DNA from: Eledone cirrhosa
Lineage: Eukaryota
DNA length: 64,000 nt
Assembly: GCA_964016885.1 (NCBI GenBank)
Contig: CAXHJY010000279.1
Coordinates: forward strand, 124,001 to 188,000
Direction: 5' to 3'
Shown: piece by piece, positions 14,901 through 28,299 of the stretch
Layout of the letters: every line of letters begins with the position of its first letter
Numbering within the stretch: position 1 is the stretch's first letter
Notes under the pieces: generated by a model
The model's database searches: none
The model's input: the letters and a program-made list of their open reading frames with translations, nothing else
Told to the model about the DNA's origin: nothing
Translations under genes and position numbers: made by a program

Positions 14901-17900
14901 AATGGTTGTCAGAACGAAGGAATGGTTGTGAGAACGAAGGAGTGGTTGTGTGAATGAAGGAGTGGTTGTGTGAATGAAGGAGTGGTTGTATGAATGAAGG
15001 AGTGGTTGTGTGAATGAAAGAGTCGTGTGAATGAAGGAGTGGTTGTGTGAATGAAGGAATGGTTGTGTGAACGAAGGAGTGGTTGTGTAAACGAAGGAGT
15101 GGTTGTGTGAATGAAGGAGTTTTTGTGTGAATGAAGGAGTGGTTGTGTGAATGAAGGAGTTGTTGTGTGAATGAAGGAGTGGTTGTGTGAAGGAAGGAGT
15201 GGTTGTGTGAATGAAGGAGTGGTTGTGTGAATGAAGGAATGGTTGTGTGAATGAAGGAGTTGTGTGAATGAAGGAGTGGTTGTGTGAATGAAGGAGTGGT
15301 TGTGTGAATGAAGGAGTGGTTGCGTGAACGAAGGAATGGTTGTGTGAATGAAGGAGTTGTTGTGTGAATGAAGGAATGGTTGTGTGAATGAAAGTGTGGT
15401 TGTGTGAATGAAAGAGTCGTGTGTGAATGATGGAGTGGTTGTGTGAATGAAGGAGTGGTTGTGTGAACGAAAGAATGGTTGTGTGAATGAAGGAATGGTT
15501 GTGTGAATGAAGGAGTGGTTGTGTGAATGAAGGAATGGTTGTGTGAACGAAGGAATGGTTGTATGAACGAAGGAATGGTTGTATGAATGAAGGAGTGGTT
15601 GTGTGAATGAAGGAATGGTTGTGTGAAGGGTGTGGTTGTGTAAATGAAAGAGTGGTTGTGTGAATGAAGGAGTGGTTGTGAGAACGAAGAAGTGGTTGTG
15701 TGAACGAAGGTATGGTTGTGAGAACGAAGGAATGGTTGTGAGAACGAAGGAGTGGTTGTGTGAATGAAGGAGAGGTTGTGTGAATGAAGGAGTGGTTGTA
15801 TGAATGAAGGAGTGGGTGTGTGAATGAAGGAATGATTGTGTGAAGGGTGTGGTTGTGTAAATGAAAGAGTGGTTGTGTGAATGAAGGAGTGGTTGTGTGA
15901 ATGAAAGAGTCGTGTGTGAATGAAGGAGTGGTTGTGTGAATGAAGGAATGGTTGTGTGAATGAAAGAGTGGTTGTGTGAATGAAGGAGTGGTTGTGTGAA
16001 TGAAAGAGTGGTTGTGTGAATGAAGGAATAGTTGTGTGAATGAAGGAATGGTTGTGTGAATGAAAGAGTGGTTGTGTGAATGAAGGAATGGTTGTGTGAA
16101 TGAAAGAGTGGTTGTGTGAATGAAGGAGTGGTTGTGTGAATGAAGGAGTGGTTGTGTGAATGAAGGAATGGTTGTGTGAATGAAGGATTGGTTGTGTGAA
16201 TGAAGGAGTGGTTGTGTGAATGAAGGAGTGGTTGTGTGAATGAAGGAGCGGTTGTGTGAATGACGGAGCGGTTGTGTGAACGAAGGAGTGGTTGTGTGAA
16301 CGAAGGAGTGGTTGTGTGAATGAAGGAGTGGTTGTGTGAATGAAGGAGTGGTTGTGTGAATGAAGGAGCGGTTGTGTGAACGAAGGAGTGGTTGTGTGAA
16401 CGAAGGAGTTTTTGTGTGAATGAAGGAGTGGTTGTGTGAATGAAGGAGTTGTTGTGTGAATGAAGGAGTGGTTGTGTGAAGGAAGGAGTGGTTGTGTGAA
16501 TGAAGGAGTGGTTGTGTGAATGAAGGAATGGTTGTGTGAATGAAGGAGTTGTGTGAATGAAGGAGTGGTTGTGTGAATGAAGGAGTGGTTGTGTGAATGA
16601 AGGAGTGGTTGCGTGAACGAAGGAATGGTTGTGTGAATGAAGGAGTTGTTGTGTGAATGAAGGAATGGTTGTGTGAATGAAAGTGTGGTTGTGTGAATGA
16701 AAGAGTCGTGTGTGAATGATGGAGTGGTTGTGTGAATGAAGGAGTGGTTGTGTGAACGAAAGAATGGTTGTGTGAATGAAGGAATGGTTGTGTGAATGAA
16801 GGAGTGGTTGTGTGAATGAAGGAATGGTTGTGTGAACGAAGGAATGGTTGTATGAATGAAGGAGTGGTTGTGTGAATGAAGGAATGGTTGTGTGAAGGGT
16901 GTGGTTGTGTAAATGAAAGAGTGGTTGTGTGAATGTAGGAGTGGTTGTGTGAATGAAAGAGTCGTGTGTGAATGAAGGAGTGGTTGTGTGAATGAAGGAA
17001 TGGTTGTGTGAATGAAAGAGTGGTTGTGTGAATGAAGGGGTGGTTGTGTGAATGAAAGAGTGGTTGTGTGAATGAAGGAGTGGTTGTGTGAATGAAGGAA
17101 TGGTTGTGTGAATGAAAGATTGGTTGTGTGAATGAAGGAGTGGTTGTGTGAATGAAGGAGTGGTTGTGTGAATGAAGGAATGGTTGTGTGAATGAAGGAA
17201 TGGTTGTGTGAATGAAAGAGTGGTTGTGTGAATGAAGGAATGGTTGTGTGAATGAAAGAATGGTTGTGTCAATGAAGGAGTGGTTGTGTGAATGAAGGAG
17301 TGGTTGTGTGAATGAAGGAGCGGTTGTGTGAATGAAGGAGCGGTTGTGTGAACGAAGGAGTGGTTGTGTGAACGAAGGAATGGTTGTGTGAACGAAAGAA
17401 TGGTTGTGTGAATGAAGGAGTGGTTGTGTGAACGAAGGAGTGGTTGTGTGAATGAAGGAGTTGTTGTGTGAATGAAGGAGTGGTTGTGTGAATGAATGAG
17501 TGGTTGTGTGAATGAACGAGTGGTTGTGTGAATGAAGGAGTGGTTGTGTGAATGAAGGAATGGTTGTGTGAACGAAGGAATGGTTGTGAGAATGAAGGAG
17601 TGGTTGTATGAATGAAAGAGTGGTTGTGTGAATGAAGGAGTGGTTGTGTGAATGAAGGAGTGGCTGTGTGAATGAAAGAATGGTTGTGTGAATGAAGGAG
17701 TGGTTGTGTGAATGAAGGAATGGTTGTGTGAATGAAGCAGTGTTTGTGTGAAGGAAGGAGTGGTTGTGTGAATGAAGGAGTGGTTGTGTGAATGGTGGAA
17801 TGGTTGTGTGAATGAAAGAGTGGTTGTGTGAATGAAGGAGTGGTTGTGTGAATGAAGGAGGTGTTGTGTGAATGAAAGAGTGGTTGTGTGAATGAAGGAG

Positions 17901-20900
17901 TGGTTGTGAGAATGAAGGAGTGGTTGTGAGAACGAAGGAGTGGTTGTGAGAACGGAGTGGTTGTGTGAACGAAGGAGTGGTTGTGTGAATGAAGGAGTGA
18001 TTGTGTGAATGAAGAAGTGGTTGTGTGAATGAAGGAGTGGTTGTGTGAATGAAGGAGTGGTTGTGTGAAGGAAGGAGTGGTTGTGTGAACGAAGGAATGG
18101 TTGTGTGAATGAAAGAGTGGTTGTGTGAATGAAAGAGTGGTTGTGTGAATGAAGGAGTGGTTGTGTGAATGAAGGAGTGGTTGTGTGAATGAAAGAGTGG
18201 TTGTGTGAATAAAAGAGTGGTTGTGTGAATGAAAGAGTGGTTGTGTGAATGAAGGAGTGGTTGTGTGAATGAAGGAGTGGTTGTGTGAATGAAGGAATGG
18301 TTGTGTGAATGAAGGAGTGGTTGTGTGAATGAAAGTGTGGTTGTGTGAATGAAGGAGTAGTTGTGTGAATGAAGGAATGGTTGTGTGAATGAAAGAGTGG
18401 TTGTGTGAATGAAAGAGTGGTTGTGTGAATGAAGGAATAGTTGTGTGAATGAAGGAATGGTAGTGTGAATGAAGGAGTGGTTGTGTGAATGAAGGAGTGG
18501 TTGTGTGAATGAAGGAATGGTTGTGTGAATGAAGGAGTGGTTGTGTGAATGAGGGAGTGGTTGTGAGAACGATGAAGTGGTTGTGTGAACGAAGGAATGG
18601 TTGTGAGAACGAAGGAATGGTTGTGAGAACGAAGGAGTGGTTGTGTGAATGAAGGAGTGGTTGTGTGAATGAAGGAGTGGTTGTATGAATGAAGGAGTGG
18701 TTGTGTGAATGAAGGAATGGTTGTGTGAATGAAGGGGTGTTTGTGTGAATGAAAGAATGGTTGTGTGAATGAAAGAGTGGTTGTCTGAATGAAGGAATGG
18801 TTGTGAGAACGAAGGGGTGGTTGTGAGAACGAAGGAGTGGTTGTGTGAATGAAGGAATGGTTGTGTGAACGAAGGAGTGGTTGTGTGAATGAAGGAATGC
18901 TTGTGTGAATGAAAGAGTGGTTGTGTGAATGAAAGAGTGGTTGTATGAATGAAGGAGTGGTTGTGTGAATGAAGGAGTGGTTGTGTGAATGAAGGAGTCG
19001 TTGTGTGAACGAAGGAGTGGTTGTGTGAATGAAGGAATGGTTGTGTGAACGAAGGAGTGATTGTGTGAACGAAGGAGTGGTTGTGTGAACGAAGGAGTGG
19101 TTGTGTGAATGAAGGAGTGGTTGTGTGAATGAAGGAGTGGTTGTGTGAATGAAGGAGTGGTTGTGTGAATGAAGGAGTGGTTGTGTGAATGAAAGAGTGG
19201 TTGTGTGAATGAAAGAGTGGTTGTGTGAATGAAAGAGTGGTTGTGTGAATGAAGGAGTGGTTGTGTGAATGACGGAGTGGTTGTGTGAATGAAGGAATGG
19301 TTGTGTGAATGAAAGAGTGTTTGTGTGAATGAAAGAGTCTTGTGTAAATGGAGGAGTGGTTGTGTGAACGAAGGAGTGGTTGTGTGAACGAAAGAATGGT
19401 TGTGTGAATGAAGGAGTGGTTGTGTGAATGAAGGAGTGGTTGTGTGAATGAAGGAATGGTTGTGTGAATGAAAGAGTGGTTGTGTGAATGAAAGAGTGGT
19501 TGTGTGAATGAAGGAATAGTTGTGTGAATGAAGGAATGGTTGTGTGAATGAAAGAGTGGTTGTGTGAATGAAGGAGTGGTTGTGTGAATGAAGGAGTGGT
19601 TGTGTGAATGAAGGAATGGTTGTGTGATTGAAGGAATGCTAGTGTGAATGAAGGAGTGGTTGTGTGAATGAAGGAGTGGTTGTGTGAATGAAGGAGAGGT
19701 TGTGTGAATGAGGAGTGGTTGTGTGAATGAAGGAGTGGTTGTGAGAACGAAGAAGTGGTTGTGTGAACGAAGGAATGGTTGTCAGAACGAAGGAATGGTT
19801 GTGAGAACGAAGGAGTGGTTGTGTGAATGAAGGAGTGGTTGTGTGAATGAAGGAGTGGTTGTATGAATGAAGGAGTGGTTGTGTGAATGAAAGAGTCGTG
19901 TGAATGAAGGAGTGGTTGTGTGAATGAAGGAATGGTTGTGTGAACGAAGGAGTGGTTGTGTAAACGAAGGAGTGGTTGTGTGAATGAAGGAGTTTTTGTG
20001 TGAATGAAGGAGTGGTTGTGTGAATGAAGGAGTTGTTGTGTGAATGAAGGAGTGGTTGTGTGAAGGAAGGAGTGGTTGTGTGAATGAAGGAGTGGTTGTG
20101 TGAATGAAGGAATGGTTGTGTGAATGAAGGAGTTGTGTGAATGAAGGAGTGGTTGTGTGAATGAAGGAGTGGTTGTGTGAATGAAGGAGTGGTTGCGTGA
20201 ACGAAGGAATGGTTGTGTGAATGAAGGAGTTGTTGTGTGAATGAAGGAATGGTTGTGTGAATGAAAGTGTGGTTGTGTGAATGAAAGAGTCGTGTGTGAA
20301 TGATGGAGTGGTTGTGTGAATGAAGGAGTGGTTGTGTGAACGAAAGAATGGTTGTGTGAATGAAGGAATGGTTGTGTGAATGAAGGAGTGGTTGTGTGAA
20401 TGAAGGAATGGTTGTGTGAACGAAGGAATGGTTGTATGAACGAAGGAATGGTTGTATGAATGAAGGAGTGGTTGTGTGAATGAAGGAATGGTTGTGTGAA
20501 GGGTGTGGTTGTGTAAATGAAAGAGTGGTTGTGTGAATGAAGGAGTGGTTGTGAGAACGAAGAAGTGGTTGTGTGAACGAAGGTATGGTTGTGAGAACGA
20601 AGGAATGGTTGTGAGAACGAAGGAGTGGTTGTGTGAATGAAGGAGAGGTTGTGTGAATGAAGGAGTGGTTGTATGAATGAAGGAGTGGGTGTGTGAATGA
20701 AGGAATGATTGTGTGAAGGGTGTGGTTGTGTAAATGAAAGAGTGGTTGTGTGAATGAAGGAGTGGTTGTGTGAATGAAAGAGTCGTGTGTGAATGAAGGA
20801 GTGGTTGTGTGAATGAAGGAATGGTTGTGTGAATGAAAGAGTGGTTGTGTGAATGAAGGAGTGGTTGTGTGAATGAAAGAGTGGTTGTGTGAATGAAGGA

Positions 20901-21800
20901 ATAGTTGTGTGAATGAAGGAATGGTTGTGTGAATGAAAGAGTGGTTGTGTGAATGAAGGAATGGTTGTGTGAATGAAAGAGTGGTTGTGTGAATGAAGGA
21001 GTGGTTGTGTGAATGAAGGAGTGGTTGTGTGAATGAAGGAATGGTTGTGTGAATGAAGGATTGGTTGTGTGAATGAAGGAGTGGTTGTGTGAATGAAGGA
21101 GTGGTTGTGTGAATGAAGGAGCGGTTGTGTGAATGAAGGAGCGGTTGTGTGAACGAAGGAGTGGTTGTGTGAACGAAGGAGTGGTTGTGTGAATGAAGGA
21201 GTGGTTGTGTGAATGAAGGAGTGGTTGTGTGAATGAAGGAGCGGTTGTGTGAACGAAGGAGTGGTTGTGTGAACGAAGGAGTTTTTGTGTGAATGAAGGA
21301 GTGGTTGTGTGAATGAAGGAGTTGTTGTGTGAATGAAGGAGTGGTTGTGTGAAGGAAGGAGTGGTTGTGTGAATGAAGGAGTGGTTGTGTGAATGAAGGA
21401 ATGGTTGTGTGAATGAAGGAGTTGTGTGAATGAAGGAGTGGTTGTGTGAATGAAGGAGTGGTTGTGTGAATGAAGGAGTGGTTGCGTGAACGAAGGAATG
21501 GTTGTGTGAATGAAGGAGTTGTTGTGTGAATGAAGGAATGGTTGTGTGAATGAAAGTGTGGTTGTGTGAATGAAAGAGTCGTGTGTGAATGATGGAGTGG
21601 TTGTGTGAATGAAGGAGTGGTTGTGTGAACGAAAGAATGGTTGTGTGAATGAAGGAATGGTTGTGTGAATGAAGGAGTGGTTGTGTGAATGAAGGAATGG
21701 TTGTGTGAACGAAGGAATGGTTGTATGAATGAAGGAGTGGTTGTGTGAATGAAGGAATGGTTGTGTGAAGGGTGTGGTTGTGTAAATGAAAGAGTGGTTG
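12000..21800. repeat. Near-identical higher-order tandem duplication, period 4853-4873 bp
   Basis: GTAGGAG at 12083 and 16936 (+4853); GAGTCTTGTGTAAATGGAG at 14466 and 19339, and GTCAGAAC at 14910 and 19783 (both +4873). The order of variant monomers is the same in both copies. Confidence 0.9.
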
Positions 21801-23799
21801 TGTGAATGAAGGAGTGGTTGTGAGAACGAAGAAGTGGTTGTGTGAACGAAGGTATGGTTGTGAGAACGAAGGAATGGTTGTGAGAACGAAGGAGTGGTTG
21901 TGTGAATGAAGGAGAGGTTGTGTGAATGAAGGAGTGGTTGTATGAATGAAGGAGTGGTTGTGTGAATGAAGGAATGATTGTGTGAAGGGTGTGGTTGTGT
22001 AAATGAAAGAGTGGTTGTGTGAATGAAGGAGTGGTTGTGTGAATAAAAGAGTCGTGTGTGAATGAAGGAGTGGTTGTGTGAATGAAGGAATGGTTGTGTG
22101 AATGAAAGAGTGTTTGTGTGAATGAAGGAGTGGTTGTGTGAATGAAAGAGTGGTTATGTGAATGAAGGAATAGTTGTGTGAATGAAGGAATGGTTGTGTG
22201 AATGAAGGAATGGTTGTGTGAATGAAGGAATGGTTGTGTGAATGAAAGAGTGGTTGTGTGAATGAAAGAGTGGTTGTGTGAATGAAGGAGTGGTTGTGTG
22301 AATGAAGGAGTGGTTGTGTGAATGAAGGAGTGGTTGTGTGAATGAAGGAATGGTTGTGTGAATGAAGGAATGGTTGTGTGAATGAAGGAGTGGTTGTGTG
22401 AATGAAGGAGTGGTTGTGTGAATGAAGGAGCGGTTGTGTGAACGAAGGAGCGGTTGTGTGAACGAAGGAGTGGTTGTGTGAACGAAGGAGTGGTTGTGTG
22501 AATGAAGGAGTGGTTGTGTGAACGAAGGAGTGGTTGTGTGAATGAAGGAGTGGTTGTGTGAATGAAGGAATGGTTGTGTGAATGAAAGAGTCATGTGTGA
22601 ATGAAGGAGTGGTTGTGTGAATGAAGGAATGGTTGTGTGAACGAAGGAGTGGTTGTGTGAATGAAGGAGTGGTTGTGTGAATGAAGGAGTGGTTGTGTGA
22701 ATGAAGGAGTGGTTATGTGAATGAAGGAGTGGTTGTGTGAATGAAGGAGTGGTTGTGTGAACGAAGGAGTGGTTGTGTGAATGAAGGAGTGGTTGTGTGA
22801 AGGAAGGACTGGTTGTGTGAATGAAGGAGTGGTTGTGTGAATGAAGGAATGGTTGTGTGAATGAAGGAGTGGTTGTGTGAATGAAGGAGTGGTTGTGTGA
22901 ATGAAGGGGTGGTTGTGTGAATGAAGAAGTGTTTGTGTGAATGAAGGAGTGGTTGTGCGAATGAAGGAATGGTTGTGTGAATGAAGGAGTGGTTGTGTGA
23001 ATGAAGGAGTGGTTGTGTGAATGAAGGAGTGGTTCTGTGAATGAAGGAGTGGTTGCGTGAACGAAGGAATGGTTGTGTGAATGAAGAAGTGGTTGTGTAA
23101 ATGAAGGAATGGTTGTGTGAATGAAAGAGTGGTTGTGTGAATGAAGGAGTGGTTGTGTGAATGAAGGAGTGGTTGTGTGAATGAAGGAGTGGTTGCGTGA
23201 ACGAAGGAATGGTTGTGTGAATGAAGGAGTTGTTGTGTGAATGAAGGAATGGTTGTGTGAATGAAAGTGTGGTTGTGTGAATGAAAGAGTCGTGTGTGAA
23301 TGATGGAGTGGTTGTGTGAATGAAGGAATGGTTGTGTGGACGAAGGAGTGGTTGTGTGAATGAAGGAATGGATGTGTGAATGAAGGAGTGGTTGTATGAA
23401 TGAAGGAGTGGCTGTGTGAATGAAGGAATGGTTGTGTGAACGAAGGAATGGTTGTATGAATGAAGGAGTGGTTGTGTGAATGAAGGAATGGTTGTGTGAA
23501 GGGTGTGGTTGTGTAAATGAAAGAGTGGTTGTGTGAATGAAGGAGTGGTTGTGAGAACGAAGAAGTGGTTGTGTGAACGAAGGAATGGTTGTGAGAACGA
23601 AGGAATGGTTGTGAGAACGAAGGAGTGGTTGTGTGAATGAAGGAGAGGTTGTGTGAATGATGGAGTGGTTGTATGAATGAAGGAGTGGTTGTGTGAATGA
23701 AGGAATGGTTGTGTGAAGGGTGTGGTTGTGTAAATGAAAGAGTGGTTGTGTGAATGAAGGAGTGGTTGTGTGAATGAAAGAGTCGTGTGTGAATGAAGG

Positions 23800-26580
23800 A
23801 GTGGTTGTGTGAATGAAGGAATGCTTGTGTGAATGAAAGAGTGGTTGTGTGAATGAAGGAGTGGTTGTGTGAATGAAAGAGTGGTTGTGTGAATGAAGAA
23901 GTGGTTGTGTGAATGAAGGAATGGTTGTGTGAATGAAAGATTGGTTGTGTGAATGAAGGAGTGGTTGTGTGAATGAAGGAGTGGTTGTGTGAATGAAGGA
24001 ATGGTTGTGTGAATGAAGGAATGGTTGTGTGAATGAAAGAGTGGTTGTGTGAATGAAGGAATGGTTGTGTGAATGAAAGAATGGTTGTGTGAATGAAGGA
24101 GTGGTTGTGTGAATGAAGGAGTGGTTGTGTGAATGAAGGAGCGGTTGTGTGAATGAAGGAGCGGTTGTGTGAACGAAGGAGTGGTTGTGTGAACGAAGGA
24201 GTGGTTGTGTGAATGAAGGAGTTGTTGTGTGAATGAAGGAGTGGTTGTGTGAACGAAGGAGTGGTTGTGTGAATGAAGGAGTTGTTGTGTGAAGGAAGGA
24301 GTGGTTGTGTGAATGAAGGAATGGTTGTGTGAATGAAGGAGTTGTGTGAATGAAGGAGTGGTTGTGTGAATGAAGGAGTGGTTGTGTGAATGAAGGAGTG
24401 GTTGTGTGAATGAAGGAGTGGTTGTGTGAACGAAGGAGTGGTTGTGTGAATGAAGAAGTGGTTGTGTGAATGAAGGAGTGGTTGTGCGAATGAAGGAATG
24501 GTTGTGTGAATGAAGGAGTGGTTGTGTGAATGAAGGATTGGTTGTGTGAATGAAGGAGTGGTTGCGTGAACGAAGGAATGGTTGTGTGAATGAAGGAGTG
24601 GTTGTGTGAATGAAGGAATGGTTGTGTGAATGAAAGAGTCGTGTGTGAATGAAGGAATGGTTCTGTGAACGAAGGAATGGTTGTGTGAACGAAAGAATGG
24701 TTGTGTGAATGAAGGAGTGGTTGTGTGAACGAAGGAGTGGTTGTGTGAATGAAGGAGTGGTTGTGTGAATGAAGGAGTGGTTGTGAGAACGAAGAAGTGG
24801 TTGTGTGAACGAAGGAATGGTTGTCAGAACGAAGGAATGGTTGTGTGAATGAAGGAGTGGTTGTGTGAATGAAGGAATGGTTGTGTGAACGAAGGAATGG
24901 TTGTATGAACGAAGGAATGGTTGTATGAATGAAGGAGTGGTTGTGTGAATGAAGGAATGGTTGTGTGAAGGGTGTGGTTGTGTAAATGAAAGAGTGGTTG
25001 TGTGAATGAAGGAGTGGTTGTGAGAACGAAGAAGTGGTTGTGTGAACGAAGGTATGGTTGTGAGAACGAAGGAATGGTTGTGAGAACGAAGGAGTGGTTG
25101 TGTGAATGAAGGAGAGGTTGTGTGAATGATGGAGTGGTTGTATGAATGAAGGAGTGGTTGTGTGAATGAAGGAATGGTTGTGTGAAGGGTGTGGTTGTGT
25201 AAATGAAAGAGTGGTTGTGTGAATGAAGGAGTGGTTGTGTGAATGAAAGAGTCGTGTGTGAATGAAGGAGTGGTTGTGTGAATGAAGGAATGCTTGTGTG
25301 AATGAAAGAGTGGTTGTGTGAATGAAGGAGTGGTTGTGTGAATGAAAGAGTGGTTGTGTGAATGAAGGAGTGGTTGTGTGAATGAAGGAATGGTTGTGTG
25401 AATGAAAGATTGGTTGTGTGAATGAAGGAGTGGTTGTGTGAATGAAGGAGTGGTTGTGTGAATGAAGGAATGGTTGTGTGAATGAAGGAATGGTTGTGTG
25501 AATGAAAGAGTGGTTGTGTGAATGAAGGAATGGTTGTGTGAATGAAAGAATGGTTGTGTGAATGAAGGAGTGGTTGTGTGAATGAAGGAGTGGTTGTGTG
25601 AATGAAGGAGCGGTTGTGTGAATGAAGGAGCGGTTGTGTGAACGAAGGAGTGGTTGTGTGAACGAAGGAGTGGTTGTGTGAATGAAGGAGTTGTTGTGTG
25701 AATGAAGGAGTGGTTGTGTGAACGAAGGAGTGGTTGTGTGAATGAAGGAGTTGTTGTGTGAAGGAAGGAGTGGTTGTGTGAATGAAGGAATGGTTGTGTG
25801 AATGAAGGAGTTGTGTGAATGAAGGAGTGGTTGTGTGAATGAAGGAGTGGTTGTGTGAATGAAGGAGTGGTTGTGTGAATGAAGGAGTGGTTGTGTGAAC
25901 GAAGGAGTGGTTGTGTGAATGAAGAAGTGGTTGTGTGAATGAAGGAGTGGTTGTGCGAATGAAGGAATGGTTGTGTGAATGAAGGAGTGGTTGTGTGAAT
26001 GAAGGAGTGGTTGTGTGAATGAAGGAGTGGTTGCGTGAACGAAGGAGTGGTTGTGTAAATGAAGGAATGGTTGTGTGAATGAAAGAGTCGTGTGTGAATG
26101 AAGGAATGGTTCTGTGAACGAAGGAATGGTTGTGTGAACGAAAGAATGGTTGTGTGAATGAAGGAGTGGTTGTGTGAACGAAGGAGTGGTTGTGTGAATG
26201 AAGGAGTGGTTGTGTGAATGAAGGAGTGGTTGTGAGAACGAAGAAGTGGTTGTGTGAACGAAGGAATGGTTGTCAGAACGAAGGAATGGTTGTGTGAATG
26301 AAGGAGTGGTTGTGTGAATGAAGGAATGGTTGTGTGAACGAAGGAATGGTTGTATGAACGAAGGAATGGTTGTATGAATGAAGGAGTGGTTGTGTGAATG
26401 AAGGAATGGTTGTGTGAAGGGTGTGGTTGTGTAAATGAAAGAGTGGTTGTGTGAATGAAGGAGTGGTTGTGAGAACGAAGAAGTGGTTGTGTGAACGAAG
26501 GTATGGTTGTGAGAACGAAGGAATGGTTGTGAGAACGAAGGAGTGGTTGTGTGAATGAAGGAGAGGTTGTGTGAATGAAG
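23800..26580. repeat. Higher-order tandem duplication, period 1449 bp
   Basis: TTCTGTGAAC (C at 24663 and 26112) and GTCAGAAC (24825 and 26274) are both +1449. This equals 73 monomers minus 11 nt, matching the -3,-3,-1,-3,-1 indel monomers in between. Confidence 0.85.
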
Positions 26581-28299
26581 GAGTGGTTGTATGAATGAAG
26601 GAGTGGGTGTGTGAATGAAGGAATGATTGTGTGAAGGGTGTGGTTGTGTAAATGAAAGAGTGGTTGTGTGAATGAAGGAGTGGTTGTGTGAATGAAAGAG
26701 TCGTGTGTGAATGAAGGAGTGGTTGTGTGAATGAAGGAATGGTTGTGTGAATGAAAGAGTGGTTGTGTGAATGAAGGAGTGGTTGTGTGAATGAAAGAGT
26801 GGTTGTGTGAATGAAGGAATAGTTGTGTGAATGAAGGAATGGTTGTGTGAATGAAAGAGTGGTTGTGTGAATGAAGGAATGGTTGTGTGAATGAAAGAGT
26901 GGTTGTGTGAATGAAGGAGTGGTTGTGTGAATGAAGGAGTGGTTGTGTGAATGAAGGAATGGTTGTGTGAATGAAGGATTGGTTGTGTGAATGAAGGAGT
27001 GGTTGTGTGAATGAAGGAGTGGTTGTGTGAATGAAGGAGCGGTTGTGTGAATGAAGGAGCGGTTGTGTGAACGAAGGAGTGGTTGTGTGAACGAAGGAGT
27101 GGTTGTGTGAATGAAGGAGTGGTTGTGTGAATGAAGGAGTGGTTGTGTGAATGAAGGAGTGGTTGTGTGAATGAAGGAGCGGTTGTGTGAACGAAGGAGT
27201 GGTTGTGTGAACGAAGGAGTTTTTGTGTGAATGAAGGAGTGGTTGTGTGAATGAAGGAGTTGTTGTGTGAATGAAGGAGTGGTTGTGTGAAGGAAGGAGT
27301 GGTTGTGTGAATGAAGGAGTGGTTGTGTGAATGAAGGAATGGTTGTGTGAATGAAGGAGTTGTGTGAATGAAGGAGTGGTTGTGTGAATGAAGGAGTGGT
27401 TGTGTGAATGAAGGAGTGGTTGCGTGAACGAAGGAATGGTTGTGTGAATGAAGGAGTTGTTGTGTGAATGAAGGAATGGTTGTGTGAATGAAAGTGTGGT
27501 TGTGTGAATGAAAGAGTCGTGTGTGAATGATGGAGTGGTTGTGTGAATGAAGGAGTGGTTGTGTGAACGAAAGAATGGTTGTGTGAATGAAGGAATGGTT
27601 GTGTGAATGAAGGAGTGGTTGTGTGAATGAAGGAATGGTTGTGTGAACGAAGGAATGGTTGTATGAATGAAGGAGTGGTTGTGTGAATGAAGGAATGGTT
27701 GTGTGAAGGGTGTGGTTGTGTAAATGAAAGAGTGGTTGTGTGAATGAAGGAGTGGTTGTGAGAACGAAGAAGTGGTTGTGTGAACGAAGGTATGGTTGTG
27801 AGAACGAAGGAATGGTTGTGAGAACGAAGGAGTGGTTGTGTGAATGAAGGAGAGGTTGTGTGAATGAAGGAGTGGTTGTATGAATGAAGGCGTGGTTGTG
27901 TGAATGAAGGAATGATTGTGTGAAGGGTGTGGTTGTGTAAATGAAAGAGTGGTTGTGTGAATGAAGGAGTGGTTGTGTGAATAAAAGAGTCGTGTGTGAA
28001 TGAAGGAGTGGTTGTGTGAATGAAGGAATGGTTGTGTGAATGAAAGAGTGTTTGTGTGAATGAAGGAGTGGTTGTGTGAATGAAAGAGTGGTTGTGTGAA
28101 TGAAGGAATAGTTGTGTGAATGAAGGAATGGTTGTGTGAATGAAAGAGTGGTTGTGTGAATGAAGGAATGGTTTTTTGAATGAAAGAGTGGTTGTGTGAA
28201 TGAAGGAGTGGTTGTGTGAATGAAGGAGTGGTTGTGTGAATGAAGGAGTGGTTGTGTGAATGAAGGAATGGTTGTGTGAATGAAGGAATGGTTGTGTGA